Assembly (NCBI GenBank): GCA_964016885.1
Contig: OZ024741.1
Location: 260,090,001 to 260,154,000, forward strand
Length of the DNA stretch: 64,000 nt
Direction of reading: 5' to 3'
Origin: Eledone cirrhosa
Taxonomy: Eukaryota
The translations under genes were made by a program, and so were the position numbers. Under the pieces are notes generated by a model that was not told the DNA's origin, made no database searches, and was given only the letters and a program-made list of their open reading frames with translations. Shown one piece after another: positions 1 through 11,792 of the stretch (within the stretch, counting starts at the first letter, position 1; every line of letters starts with the position of its first letter).

Positions 1-163
1 TAAGTCGGAACACTCGTAAGTCAGAACACTCGTAAGTCAGAACACTCGTAAGTGGAAACACGCGTAAGTCGAAAGACCCGTAAGTCAAAAATCTCGTAAG
101 TCAAAACACTCGTAAGCCGAAACACTCGTAAGTCGAAACACTCGTAAGTCGAAACATTCGTAA

Positions 164-240
164 AGCGAAACGTATAAATAAAGATTAATGTAATGAACTT
201 GAAAAGCATAGATATTTGAAACCGCGTCTATTTGTTATTT
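164..240. repeat. AT-rich interrupting island, subtype A (first of 22 copies)
   Basis: Sequence AGCGAAACGTATAAATAAAGATTAATGTAATGAACTTGAAAAGCATAGATATTTGAAACCGCGTCTATTTGTTATTT. Copies, given as the last base of the internal CAT: 209, 2283, 3684, 5758, 8348, 10580, 19299, 21373, 23447, 26005, 28061, 30117, 32191, 34249, 36305, 38379, 40437, 42933, 45469, 48338, 50840, 55026. It is preceded by the marker monomers GTGGAAACACGCG, GAAAGACCCG and AAAAATCTCG. Confidence 0.97.
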
Positions 241-1344
241 TCGTAAGTCGAAACACTCGTAAGTCAGAACACTCGTAAGTCAGAACACTCGTATCGAAAC
301 ACGTATGTCAAAACACCCGTAAGTCAAAACACTCGTAAGTCGAAACACTCGTAAGTCGAAACACTCGTAAGCCGAAACAATCGTAAGTCAAAACACTCGT
401 AAGTCGAAACACTCGTAAGCCGAAAATACTCGTAAGTCGGAACACCCGTAAGCCGAAACCCTCGTAGGTCGGAACACTCGTAAGTCGAAACACTCTTAAG
501 TCGAAACACCCGTAAGTCGAAACACTCGTAAGTCGAAACACCCGTAAGTCGAAACATCCGTAAGTCAAAACACTCGTATGTCGAAACACTCGTAAGCCGA
601 AACACTCGTAAGTCGGAACACTCGCAAGTCAGAACACTCGTAAGTCAGAACACTCGTAAGTCGAAACACTCGTAAGTCGAAACACCCGTAAGTCGAAACG
701 CCCGTAAGTCAAAACACTCGTATGTCGAAACACTCGCAAGCCGAAAAACCGTAAGTCAAAACACTCGTAAGTCGAAACACTCGTAAATCGAAACACTCGT
801 AAGCCGAAACACTCGTAAGCGAAAACATTCGTTAGTCGAAACACTCGTAACCCGAAACACTCGTAAGTCGAAACACTCGAAAGCCGAAACACTTGTAAGT
901 CGAAACACTCATAAGCCGAAACACTCGTAAGTCGGAACACTCGTAAGTCAGAACACCCGTAAATCAGAACACTCGTAGTCAGAACACTCGTAAGTCGAAA
1001 CACTCGTAAGCCGAAACACTCGCAAGTCGAAGCACTCGTAATCCGAAACACTCTTAAGTCGAAACACTCGTAAGTCGGAACACTCGTAAGTCAGAACACT
1101 CGTAAATCAGAACACTCGTAAGTCGAAACACTCGTAAGCCGAAACATCCGTAAGTCAAAACATCCGTAAGTCAAAACATTCGTAAGTCGAAACACCCGTA
1201 GTCGAAACACTCGCAAGTCGAAACACTCGTAAGTCGAAACACGCGTAAGTCGAAACACATGTAAGTCAAAACACTCGTAAGTCAAAACACTCGTAAGCCG
1301 AAACACTCGTAAGTCGAAACACTCGTAAGTCGAAACACTCGTAA

Positions 1345-1421
1345 AGCGAAACGTATCAATAAAGATTAATGTAATGAATTTGAAAAGCATAGAGATTTGA
1401 AACCGCGTCTATTTGTTATTT
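1345..1421. repeat. AT-rich interrupting island, subtype B (first of 19 copies)
   Basis: Same island with GAATTT and GAGATT. Copies (last base of CAT): 1390, 4865, 9545, 11761, 20496, 22554, 27184, 29240, 31314, 33372, 35428, 37502, 39560, 44098, 46556, 49521, 53691, 60754, 61344. It is preceded by the ACACATG marker (usually also ACACGCG) and usually followed by the CGTGAGCCG and GTTAGAAC markers. Confidence 0.97.
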
Positions 1422-4400
1422 TCGTAAGTCGAAACACTCGTAAGCCGAAACACTCGTGAGCCGAAACACTCGTAAGTCGGAACACTCGTAAGTCAGAACA
1501 CTCGTAAGTCAGAACACTCGTAAGTTAGAACACTCGTAAGTCAGAACACTCGTAAGTCAGAACACTCGTAAGTCGAAACACTCGTATCGAAACACTCGTA
1601 TGTCAAAACACCCGTAAGTCAAAACACTCGTAAGTCGAAACACTCGTAAGTCGAAACACTCGTAAGCCGAAACACTCGAAAGCCGAAACACTCGTAAGTC
1701 GGAACACTCGTAAGTCGGAACACTCGTAAGTCAGAACACTCGTAAGTCAGAACACTCGTAAGTCAGAACACTCGTAAGTCAGAACACTCGTAAGTCGAAA
1801 CACTCGTATCGAAACACTCGTATGTCAAAACACCCGTAAGTCAAAACACTCGTAAGTCGAAACACTTGTAAGTCGAAACACTCGTATGTCGAAACATCCG
1901 TAAATCAGAACACTCGTAAGTCGAAACACTCGTAAGTCGAAACACTCGTAAGCCGAAACACTCGTAAGTCGAAGCACTCGTATCGAAACACTCGTAAGTC
2001 GAAACACCCTTAAGTCAAAACACTCGTAAGCCAAAACACTCGTAAGTCGAAACACTCGTAAGTCGGAACACTCGTAAGTCAGAACACTCGTAAGTCAGAA
2101 CACTCGTAAGTGGAAACACGCGTAAGTCGAAAGACCCGTAAGTCAAAAATCTCGTAAGTCAAAACACTCGTAAGCCGAAACACTCGTAAGTCGAAACACT
2201 CGTAAGTCGAAACACTCGTAAGTCGAAACATTCGTAAAGCGAAACGTATAAATAAAGATTAATGTAATGAACTTGAAAAGCATAGATATTTGAAACCGCG
2301 TCTATTTGTTATTTTCGTAAGTCGAAACACTCGTAAGTCAGAACACTCGTAAGTCAGAACACTCTTAAGTCAGAACACTCGTATCGAAACACGTATGTCA
2401 AAACACCCGTAAGTCAAAACACTCGTAAGTCGAAACACTTGTAAGTCGAAACACTCGTAAGCCGAAACAATCGTAAGTCAAAACACTCGTAAGTCGAAAC
2501 ACTCGTAAGCCGAAAATACTCGTAAGTCGGAACACCCGTAAGCCGAAACCCTCGTAGGTCGGAACACTCGTAAGTCAAAACACTCGTAAGTCGAAACACC
2601 CGTAAGTCGAAACACTCGTAAGTCGAAACACCCGTAAGTCGAAACATCCGTAAGTCAAAACACTCGTATGTCGAAACACTCGTAAGCCGAAACACTCGTA
2701 AGTCAGAACACTCGTAAGTCAGAACACTCGTAAGTCGAAACACTCATAAGTCGAAACACTCGTAAGTCGAAACACCCGTAAGTCGAAACACCCGTAAGTC
2801 GAAACACTCGTATGTCGAATAACTCGTAAGCCGAAACACCGTAAGTCAAAACACTCGTAAGTCGAAACACTCGTAAGTCGAAACACCCATAAGCCGAAAC
2901 ATTCGTAAGCCAAAACATTCGTAAGTCGAAACACTCGTAAACCGAAACACTCGTAAGCCAAAACATTCGTAAGTCGAAACACTCGTAAGTCGAAACACCC
3001 ATAGCCGAAACACTTGTAAGTCTGAACACACGTAAGTCAGAACACCCGTAAGTCAGAACACTCGTAAGTCAGAACACTCGTAAGTCAGAACACTCGTAAG
3101 TCAGAGCACTCGTATCGAAACACTCGTATGTCAAAACACCCGTAAGTCAAAACACTCGTAAGTCGAAATACTCGTAAGCCGAAACACCGTAAGCCAAAAC
3201 ACTCGTAAGTCGAAACACCCGTAAGTCGGAACACTCGTAAGTCGAAACACTCGTAAGTCGGAACACTCGTAAGTCGGAACACTCGTAAGTCAGAACACTC
3301 GTAAGTCAGAACACTCGTAAGTCAGAACACTCGTAAGTCGAAACACTCGTAAGTCGAAACACTCGTAAGCCGAAACACTCGTAAGTCGAAGCACTCGTAT
3401 CGAAACACTCGTAAGTCGAAACACCCTTAAGTCAAAACACTCGTAAGCCAAAACACTCGTAAGTCGAAACACTCGTAAGTCGGAACACTCGTAAGTCAGA
3501 ACACTCGTAAGTCAGAACACTCGTAAGTGGAAACACGCGTAAGTCGAAAGACCCGTAAGTCAAAAATCTCGTAAGTCAAAACACTCGTAAGCCGAAACAC
3601 TCGTAAGTCGAAACACTCGTAAGTCGAAATATTCGTAAAGCGAAACGTATAAATAAAGATTAATGTAATGAACTTGAAAAGCATAGATATTTGAAACCGC
3701 GTCTATTTGTTATTTTCGTAAGTCGAAACACTCGTAAGTCAGAACACTCGTAAGTCAGAACACTCGTATCGAAACACGTATGTCAAAACACCCGTAAGTC
3801 AAAACACTCGTAAGTCGAAACACTCGTAAGTCGAAACACTCGTAAGCCGAAACAATCGTAAGTCAAAACACTCGTAAGTCGAAACACTCGTAAGCCGAAA
3901 ATACTCGTAAGTCGGAACACCCGTAAGCCGAAACCCTCGTAGGTCGGAACACTCGTAAGTCGAAACACTCTTAAGTCGAAACACCCGTAAGTCGAAACAC
4001 TCGTAAGTCGAAACACCCGTAAGTCGAAACATCCGTAAGTCAAAACACTCGTATGTCGAAACACTCGTAAGCCGAAACACTCGTAAGTCGGAACACTCGC
4101 AAGTCAGAACACTCGTAAGTCAGAACACTCGTAAGTCGAAACACTCGTAAGTCGAAACACCCGTAAGTCGAAACGCCCGTAAGTCAAAACACTCGTATGT
4201 CGAAACACTCGCAAGCCGAAAAACCGTAAGTCAAAACACTCGTAAGTCGAAACACTCGTAAATCGAAACACTCGTAAGCCGAAACACTCGTAAGCGAAAA
4301 CATTCGTTAGTCGAAACACTCGTAACCCGAAACACTCGTAAGTCGAAACACTCGAAAGCCGAAACACTTGTAAGTCGAAACACTCATAAGCCGAAACACT

Positions 4401-6179
4401 CGTAAGTCGGAACACTCGTAAGTCAGAACACCCGTAAATCAGAACACTCGTAGTCAGAACACTCGTAAGTCGAAACACTCGTAAGCCGAAACACTCGCAA
4501 GTCGAAGCACTCGTAATCCGAAACACTCTTAAGTCGAAACACTCGTAAGTCGGAACACTCGTAAGTCAGAACACTCGTAAGTCAGAACACTCGTAAGTCG
4601 AAACACTCGTAAGCCGAAACATCCGTAAGTCAAAACATCCGTAAGTCAAAACATTCGTAAGTCGAAACACCCGTAGTCGAAACACTCGCAAGTCGAAACA
4701 CTCGTAAGTCGAAACACGCGTAAGTCGAAACACATGTAAGTCAAAACACTCGTAAGTCAAAACACTCGTAAGCCGAAACACTCGTAAGTCGAAACACTCG
4801 TAAGTCGAAACACTCGTAAAGCGAAACGTATCAATAAAGATTAATGTAATGAATTTGAAAAGCATAGAGATTTGAAACCGCGTCTATTTGTTATTTTCGT
4901 AAGTCGAAACACTCGTAAGCCGAAACACTCGTGAGCCGAAACACTCGTAAGTCGGAACACTCGTAAGTCAGAACACTCGTAAGTCAGAACACTCGTAAGT
5001 TAGAACACTCGTAAGTCAGAACACTCGTAAGTCAGAACACTCGTAAGTCGAAACACTCGTATCGAAACACTCGTATGTCAAAACACCCGTAAGTCAAAAC
5101 ACTCGTAAGTCGAAACACTCGTAAGTCGAAACACTCGTAAGCCGAAACACTCGAAAGCCGAAACACTCGTAAGTCGGAACACTCGTAAGTCGGAACACTC
5201 GTAAGTCAGAACACTCGTAAGTCAGAACACTCGTAAGTCAGAACACTCGTAAGTCAGAACACTCGTAAGTCGAAACACTCGTATCGAAACACTCGTATGT
5301 CAAAACACCCGTAAGTCAAAACACTCGTAAGTCGAAACACTTGTAAGTCGAAACACTCGTATGTCGAAACATCCGTAAATCAGAACACTCGTAAGTCGAA
5401 ACACTCGTAAGTCGAAACACTCGTAAGCCGAAACACTCGTAAGTCGAAGCACTCGTATCGAAACACTCGTAAGTCGAAACACCCTTAAGTCAAAACACTC
5501 GTAAGCCAAAACACTCGTAAGTCGAAACACTCGTAAGTCGGAACACTCGTAAGTCAGAACACTCGTAAGTCAGAACACTCGTAAGTGGAAACACGCGTAA
5601 GTCGAAAGACCCGTAAGTCAAAAATCTCGTAAGTCAAAACACTCGTAAGCCGAAACACTCGTAAGTCGAAACACTCGTAAGTCGAAACACTCGTAAGTCG
5701 AAACATTCGTAAAGCGAAACGTATAAATAAAGATTAATGTAATGAACTTGAAAAGCATAGATATTTGAAACCGCGTCTATTTGTTATTTTCGTAAGTCGA
5801 AACACTCGTAAGTCAGAACACTCGTAAGTCAGAACACTCTTAAGTCAGAACACTCGTATCGAAACACGTATGTCAAAACACCCGTAAGTCAAAACACTCG
5901 TAAGTCGAAACACTCGTAAGTCGAAACACTCGTAAGCCGAAACAATCGTAAGTCAAAACACTCGTAAGTCGAAACACTCGTAAGCCGAAAATACTCGTAA
6001 GTCGGAACACCCGTAAGCCGAAACCCTCGTAGGTCGGAACACTCGTAAGTCAAAACACTCGTAAGTCGAAACACCCGTAAGTCGAAACACTCGTAAGTCG
6101 AAACACCCGTAAGTCGAAACATCCGTAAGTCAAAACACTCGTATGTCGAAACACTCGTAAGCCGAAACACTCGTAAGTC

Positions 6180-8180
6180 AGAACACTCGTAAGTCAGAAC
6201 ACTCGTAAGTCGAAACAATCATAAGTCGAAACACTCGTAAGTCGAAACACCCGTAAGTCGAAACACCCGTAAGTCGAAACACTCGTATGTCGAATAACTC
6301 GTAAGCCGAAACACCGTAAGTCAAAACACTCGTAAGTCGAAACACTCGTAAGTCGAAACACCCATAAGCCGAAACATTCGTAAGCCAAAACATTCGTAAG
6401 TCGAAACACTCGTAAACCGAAACACTCGTAAGCCAAAACATTCGTAAGTCGAAACACTCGTAAGTCGAAACACCCATAGCCGAAACACTTGTAAGTCTGA
6501 ACACACGTAAGTCAGAACACCCGTAAGTCAGAACACTCGTAAGTCAGAACACTCGTAAGTCAGAACACTCGTAAGTCAGAGCACTCGTATCGAAACACTC
6601 GTATGTCAAAACACCCGTAAGTCAAAACACTCGTAAGTCGAAATACTCGTAAGCCGAAACACCGTAAGCCAAAACACTCGTAAGTCGAAACACCCGTAAG
6701 TCGGAACACTCGTAAGTCGAAACACTCGTAAGTCGAAACACTCGTAAGCCGAAACACTCGTAAGCCGAAACACTCGTAAGTCGGAACACTCGTAAGTCGG
6801 AACACTCGTAAGTCAGAACACTCGTAAGTCAGAACACTCGTAAGTCAGAACACTCGTAAGTCAGAACACTCGTAAGTCGAAACACTCGTATCGAAACACT
6901 CGTATGTCAAAACACCCGTAAGTCAAAACACTCGTAAGTCGAAACACTCGTAAGTCGAAACATTCGTATGTCGAAACATCCGTAAATCAGAACACTCGTA
7001 AGTCGAAACACTCGTAAGTCGAAACACTTGTAAGCCGAAACACTCGTAAGTCGAAGCACTCGTATCGAAACACTCGTAAGTCGAAACACCCTTAAGTCAA
7101 AACACTCGTAAGCCAAAACACTCGTAAGTCGAAACACTCGTAAGTCGGAACACTCGTAAGTCAGAACACTCGTAAGTCAGAACACTCGTAAGTGGAAACA
7201 CGCGTAAGTCGAAACACTCATAAGTCGAAACACTCGTAAGTCGAAACACCCGTAAGTCGAAACACCCGTAAGTCGAAACACTCGTATGTCGAATAACTCG
7301 TAAGCCGAAACACCGTAAGTCAAAACACTCGTAAGTCGAAACACTCGTAAGTCGAAACACCCATAAGCCGAAACACTCGTAAGCCAAAACATTCGTAAGT
7401 CGAAACACTAGTAAACCGAAACACTCGTAAGCCAAAACATTCGTAAGTCGAAACACTCGTAAGTCGAAACACCCATAGCCGAAACACTCGTAAGTCTGAA
7501 CACACGTAAGTCAGAACAGCCGTAAGTCAGAACACTCGTAAGTCAGAACACTCGTAAGTCAGAACACTCGTAAGTCAGAGCACTCGTATCGAAACACTCG
7601 TATGTCAAAACACCCGTAAGTCAAAACACTCGTAAGTCGAAACACTCGTAAGCCGAAACACCGTAAGCCAAAACACTCGTAAGTCGAAACACCCGTAAGT
7701 CGGAACACTCGTAAGTCGAAACACTCGTAAGTCGAAACACTCGTAAGCTGAAACACTCGTAAGCCGAAACACTCGTAAGTCGGAACACTCGTAAGTCGGA
7801 ACACTCGTAAGTCAGAACACTCGTAAGTCAGAACACTCGTAAGTCAGAACACTCGTAAGTCAGAACACTCGTAAGACGAAACACTCGTATCGAAACACTC
7901 GTATGTCAAAACACCCGTAAGTCAAAACACTCGTAAGTCGAAACACTCGTAAGTCGAAACACTCGTATGTCGAAACATCCGTAAATCAGAACACTCGTAA
8001 GTCGAAACACTCGTAAGTCGAAACACTCGTAAGCCGAAACACTCGTAAGTCGAAGCACTCGTATCGAAACACTCGTAAGTCGAAACACCCTTAAGTCAAA
8101 ACACTCGTAAGCCAAAACACTCGTAAGTCGAAACACTCGTAAGTCGGAACACTCGTAAGTCAGAACACTCGTAAGTCAGA
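6180..8180. repeat. Island-free ~1-kb module in tandem (999-bp period)
   Basis: ORFs 6178/7177, 6321/7320, 6560/7559 and 6907/7906 are offset by 999. Markers are GAATAACTCG, CCCATAGCCG, GTCTGAACACACG and GTCAGAGCAC. The same paired module recurs at ~23.9-25.8 kb (967 bp) and ~40.8-42.7 kb (983 bp). Confidence 0.88.
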
Positions 8181-9675
8181 ACACTCGTAAGTGGAAACAC
8201 GCATAAGTCGAAAGACCCGTAAGTCAAAAATCTCGTAAGTCAAAACACTCGTAAGCCGAAACACTCGTAAGTCGAAACACTCGTAAGTCGAAACATTCGT
8301 AAAGCGAAACGTATAAATAAAGATTAATGTAATGAACTTGAAAAGCATAGATATTTGAAACCGCGTCTATTTGTTATTTTCGTAAGTCGAAACACTCGTA
8401 AGTCAGAACACTCGTAAGTCAGAACACTCTTAAGTCAGAACACTCGTATCGAAACACGTATGTCAAAACACCCGTAAGTCAAAACACTCGTAAGTCGAAA
8501 CACTCGTAAGTCGAAACACTCGTAAGCCGAAACAATCGTAAGTCAAAACACTCGTAAGTCGAAACACTCGTAAGCCGAAAATACTCGTAAGTCGGAACAC
8601 CCGTAAGCCGAAACCCTCGTAGGTCGGAACACTCGTAAGTCGAAACACTCGTAAGTCGAAACACCCGTAAGTCGAAACACTCGTAAGTCGAAACACCCGT
8701 AAGTCAACACATCCGTAAGTCAAAACACTCGTATGTCGAAACACTCGTAAGCCGAAACACTCGTAAGTCGGAACACTCGCAAGTCAGAACACTCGTAAGT
8801 CAGAACACTCGTAAGTCGAAACACTCGTAAGTCGAAACACCCGTAAGTCGAAACGCCCGTAAGTCAAAACACTCGTATGTCGAAACACTCGCAAGCCGAA
8901 AAACCGTAAGTCAAAACACTCGTAAGTCGAAACACTCGTAAATCGAAACACTCGTAAGCCGAAACACTCGTAAGCGAAAACATTCGTTAGTCGAAACACT
9001 CGTATCCCGAAACACTCGTAAGTCGAAACACTCGAAAGCCGAAACACTCGTAAGTCGAAACACTCATAAGCCGAAACACTCGTAAGTCGGAACACTCGTA
9101 AGTCAGAACACCCGTAAATCAGAACACTCGTAGTCAGAACACTCGTAAGTCGAAACACTCGTAAGCCGAAACACTCGCAAGTCGAAGCACTCGTAATCCG
9201 AAACACTCTTAAGTCGAAACACTCGTAAGTCGGAACACTCGTAAGTCAGAACACTCGTAAGTCAGAACACTCGTACGTCGAAACACTCGTAAGCCGAAAC
9301 ATCCGTAAGTCAAAACATCCGTAAGTCAAAACATTCGTAAGTCGAAACACCCGTAGTCGAAACACTCGCAAGTCGAAACACTCGTAAGTCGAAACACGCG
9401 TAAGTCGAAACACATGTAAGTCAAAACACTCGTAAGTCAAAACACTCGTAAGCCGAAACACTCGTAAGTCGAAACACTCGTAAGTCGAAACACTCGTAAA
9501 GCGAAACGTATAAATAAATATTAATGTAATGAATTTGAAAAGCATAGAGATTTGAAACCGCGTCTATTTGTTATTTTCGTAAGTCGAAACACTCGTAAGC
9601 CGAAACACTCGTGAGCCGAAACACTCGTAAGTCGGAACACTCGTAAGTCAGAACACTCGTAAGTCGAAACACTCG

Positions 9676-10140
9676 TATCGAAACACTCGTATGTCAAAAC
9701 ACCCGTAAGTCAAAACACTCGTAAGTCGAAACACTCGTAAGTCGAAACACTCGTAAGCCGAAACACTCGTAAGCCGAAACACTCGTAAGTCGGAACACTC
9801 GTAAGTCGGAACACTCGTAAGTCAGAACACTCGTAAGTTAGAACACTCGTAAGTCAGAACACTCGTAAGTCAGAACACTCGTAAGTCGAAACACTCGTAT
9901 CGAAACACTCGTATGTCAAAACACCCGTAAGTCAAAACACTCGTAAGTCGAAACACTCGTAAGTCGAAACACTCGTAAGCCGAAACACTCGTAAGCCGAA
10001 ACACTCGTAAGTCGGAACACTCGTAAGTCGGAACACTCGTAAGTCAGAACACTCGTAAGTCAGAACACTCGTAAGTCAGAACACTCGTAAGTCAGAACAC
10101 TCGTAAGTCGAAACACTCGTATCGAAGCACTCGTATGTCA
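9676..10140. repeat. 222-bp sub-HOR (14 monomers); three successive unit starts
   Basis: The 14-mer marker TATCGAA lies at 9676, 9898 and 10120, in steps of 222 = 13x16+14. The same 222 step is seen at 1585/1807. Confidence 0.85.
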
Positions 10141-11792
10141 AAACACCCGTAAGTCAAAACACTCGTAAGTCGAAACACTCGTAAGTCGAAACACTCGTAT
10201 GTCGAAACATCCGTAAATCAGAACACTCGTAAGTCGAAACACTCGTAAGTCGAAACACTCGTAAGCCGAAACACTCGTAAGTCGAAGCACTCGTATCGAA
10301 ACACTCGTAAGTCGAAACACCCTTAAGTCAAAACACTCGTAAGCCAAAACACTCGTAAGTCGAAACACTCGTAAGTCGGAACACTCGTAAGTCAGAACAC
10401 TCGTAAGTCAGAACACTCGTAAGTGGAAACACGCGTAAGTCGAAAGACCCGTAAGTCAAAAATCTCGTAAGTCAAAACACTCGTAAGCCGAAACACTCGT
10501 AAGTCGAAACACTCGTAAGTCGAAACATTCGTAAAGCGAAACGTATAAATAAAGATTAATGTAATGAACTTGAAAAGCATAGAGATTTGAAACCGCGTCT
10601 ATTTGTTATTTTCGTAAGTCGAAACACTCGTAAGTCAGAACACTCGTAAGTCAGAACACTCTTAAGTCAGAACACTCGTATCGAAGCACGTATGTCAAAA
10701 CACCCGTAAGTCAAAACACTCGTAAGTCGAAACACTCGTAAGTCGAAACACTCGTAAGCCGAAACAATCGTAAGTCAAAACACTCGTAAGTCGAAACACT
10801 CGTAAGCCGAAAATACTCGTAAGTCGGAACACCCGTAAGCCGAAACCCTCGTAGGTCGGAACACTCGTAAGTCGAAACACTCGTAAGTCGAAACACCCGT
10901 AAGTCGAAACACTCGTAAGTCGAAACACCCGTAAGTCGAAACATCCGTAAGTCAAAACACTCGTATGTCGAAACACTCGTAAGCCGAAACACTCGTAAGT
11001 CGGAACACTCGCAAGTCAGAACACTCGTAAGTCGAAACACTCGTAAGTCGAAACACCCGTAAGTCGAAACGCCCGTAAGTCAAAACACTCGTATGTCGAA
11101 ACACTCGCAAGCCGAAAAACCGTAAGTCAAAACACTCGTAAGTCGAAACACTCGTAAATCGAAACACTCGTAAGCCGAAACACTCGTAAGCGAAAACATT
11201 CGTTAGTCGAAACACTCGTAACCCGAAACACTCGTAAGTCGAAACACTCGAAAGCCGAAACACTCGTAAGTCGAAACACTCATAAGCCGAAACACTCGTA
11301 AGTCGGAACACTCGTAAGTCAGAACACCCGTAAATCAGAACACTCGTAGTCAGAACACTCGTAAGTCGAAACACTCGTAAGCCGAAACACTCGCAAGTCG
11401 AAGCACTCGTAATCCGAAACACTCTTAAGTCGAAACACTCGTAAGTCGGAACACTCGTAAGTCAGAACACTCGTAAGTCAGAACACTCGTAAGTCGAAAC
11501 ACTCGTAAGCCGAAACATCCGTAAGTCAAAACATCCGTAAGTCAAAACATTCGTAAGTCGAAACACCCGTAGTCGAAACACTCGCAAGTCGAAACACTCG
11601 TAAGTCGAAACACGCGTAAGTCGAAACACATGTAAGTCAAAACACTCGTAAGTCAAAACACTCGTAAGCCGAAACACTCGTAAGTCGAAACACTCGTAAG
11701 TCGAAACACTCGTAAAGCGAAACGTATAAATAAATATTAATGTAATGAATTTGAAAAGCATAGAGATTTGAAACCGCGTCTATTTGTTATTT

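Larger units (their letters stand above)
1..6720. repeat. Tandem duplication with a 3,475-bp period (A-B-A islands plus an island-free module)
   Basis: Islands 209/3684, 1390/4865 and 2283/5758, and ORFs 308/3783, 629/4104, 2703/6178 and 3085/6560, are all offset by exactly 3,475. The copies share rare variants such as TATCAAT in island B. Confidence 0.92.

Noticed and set aside
134-160. Hairpin or cruciform potential in the monomer (ACT-CGTA-AGT, CGA-AACAC-TCG, TCGA palindrome)
   Set aside because: Stems are only 3-4 bp, which is expected by chance. There are no long inverted segments or G-quadruplex motifs.
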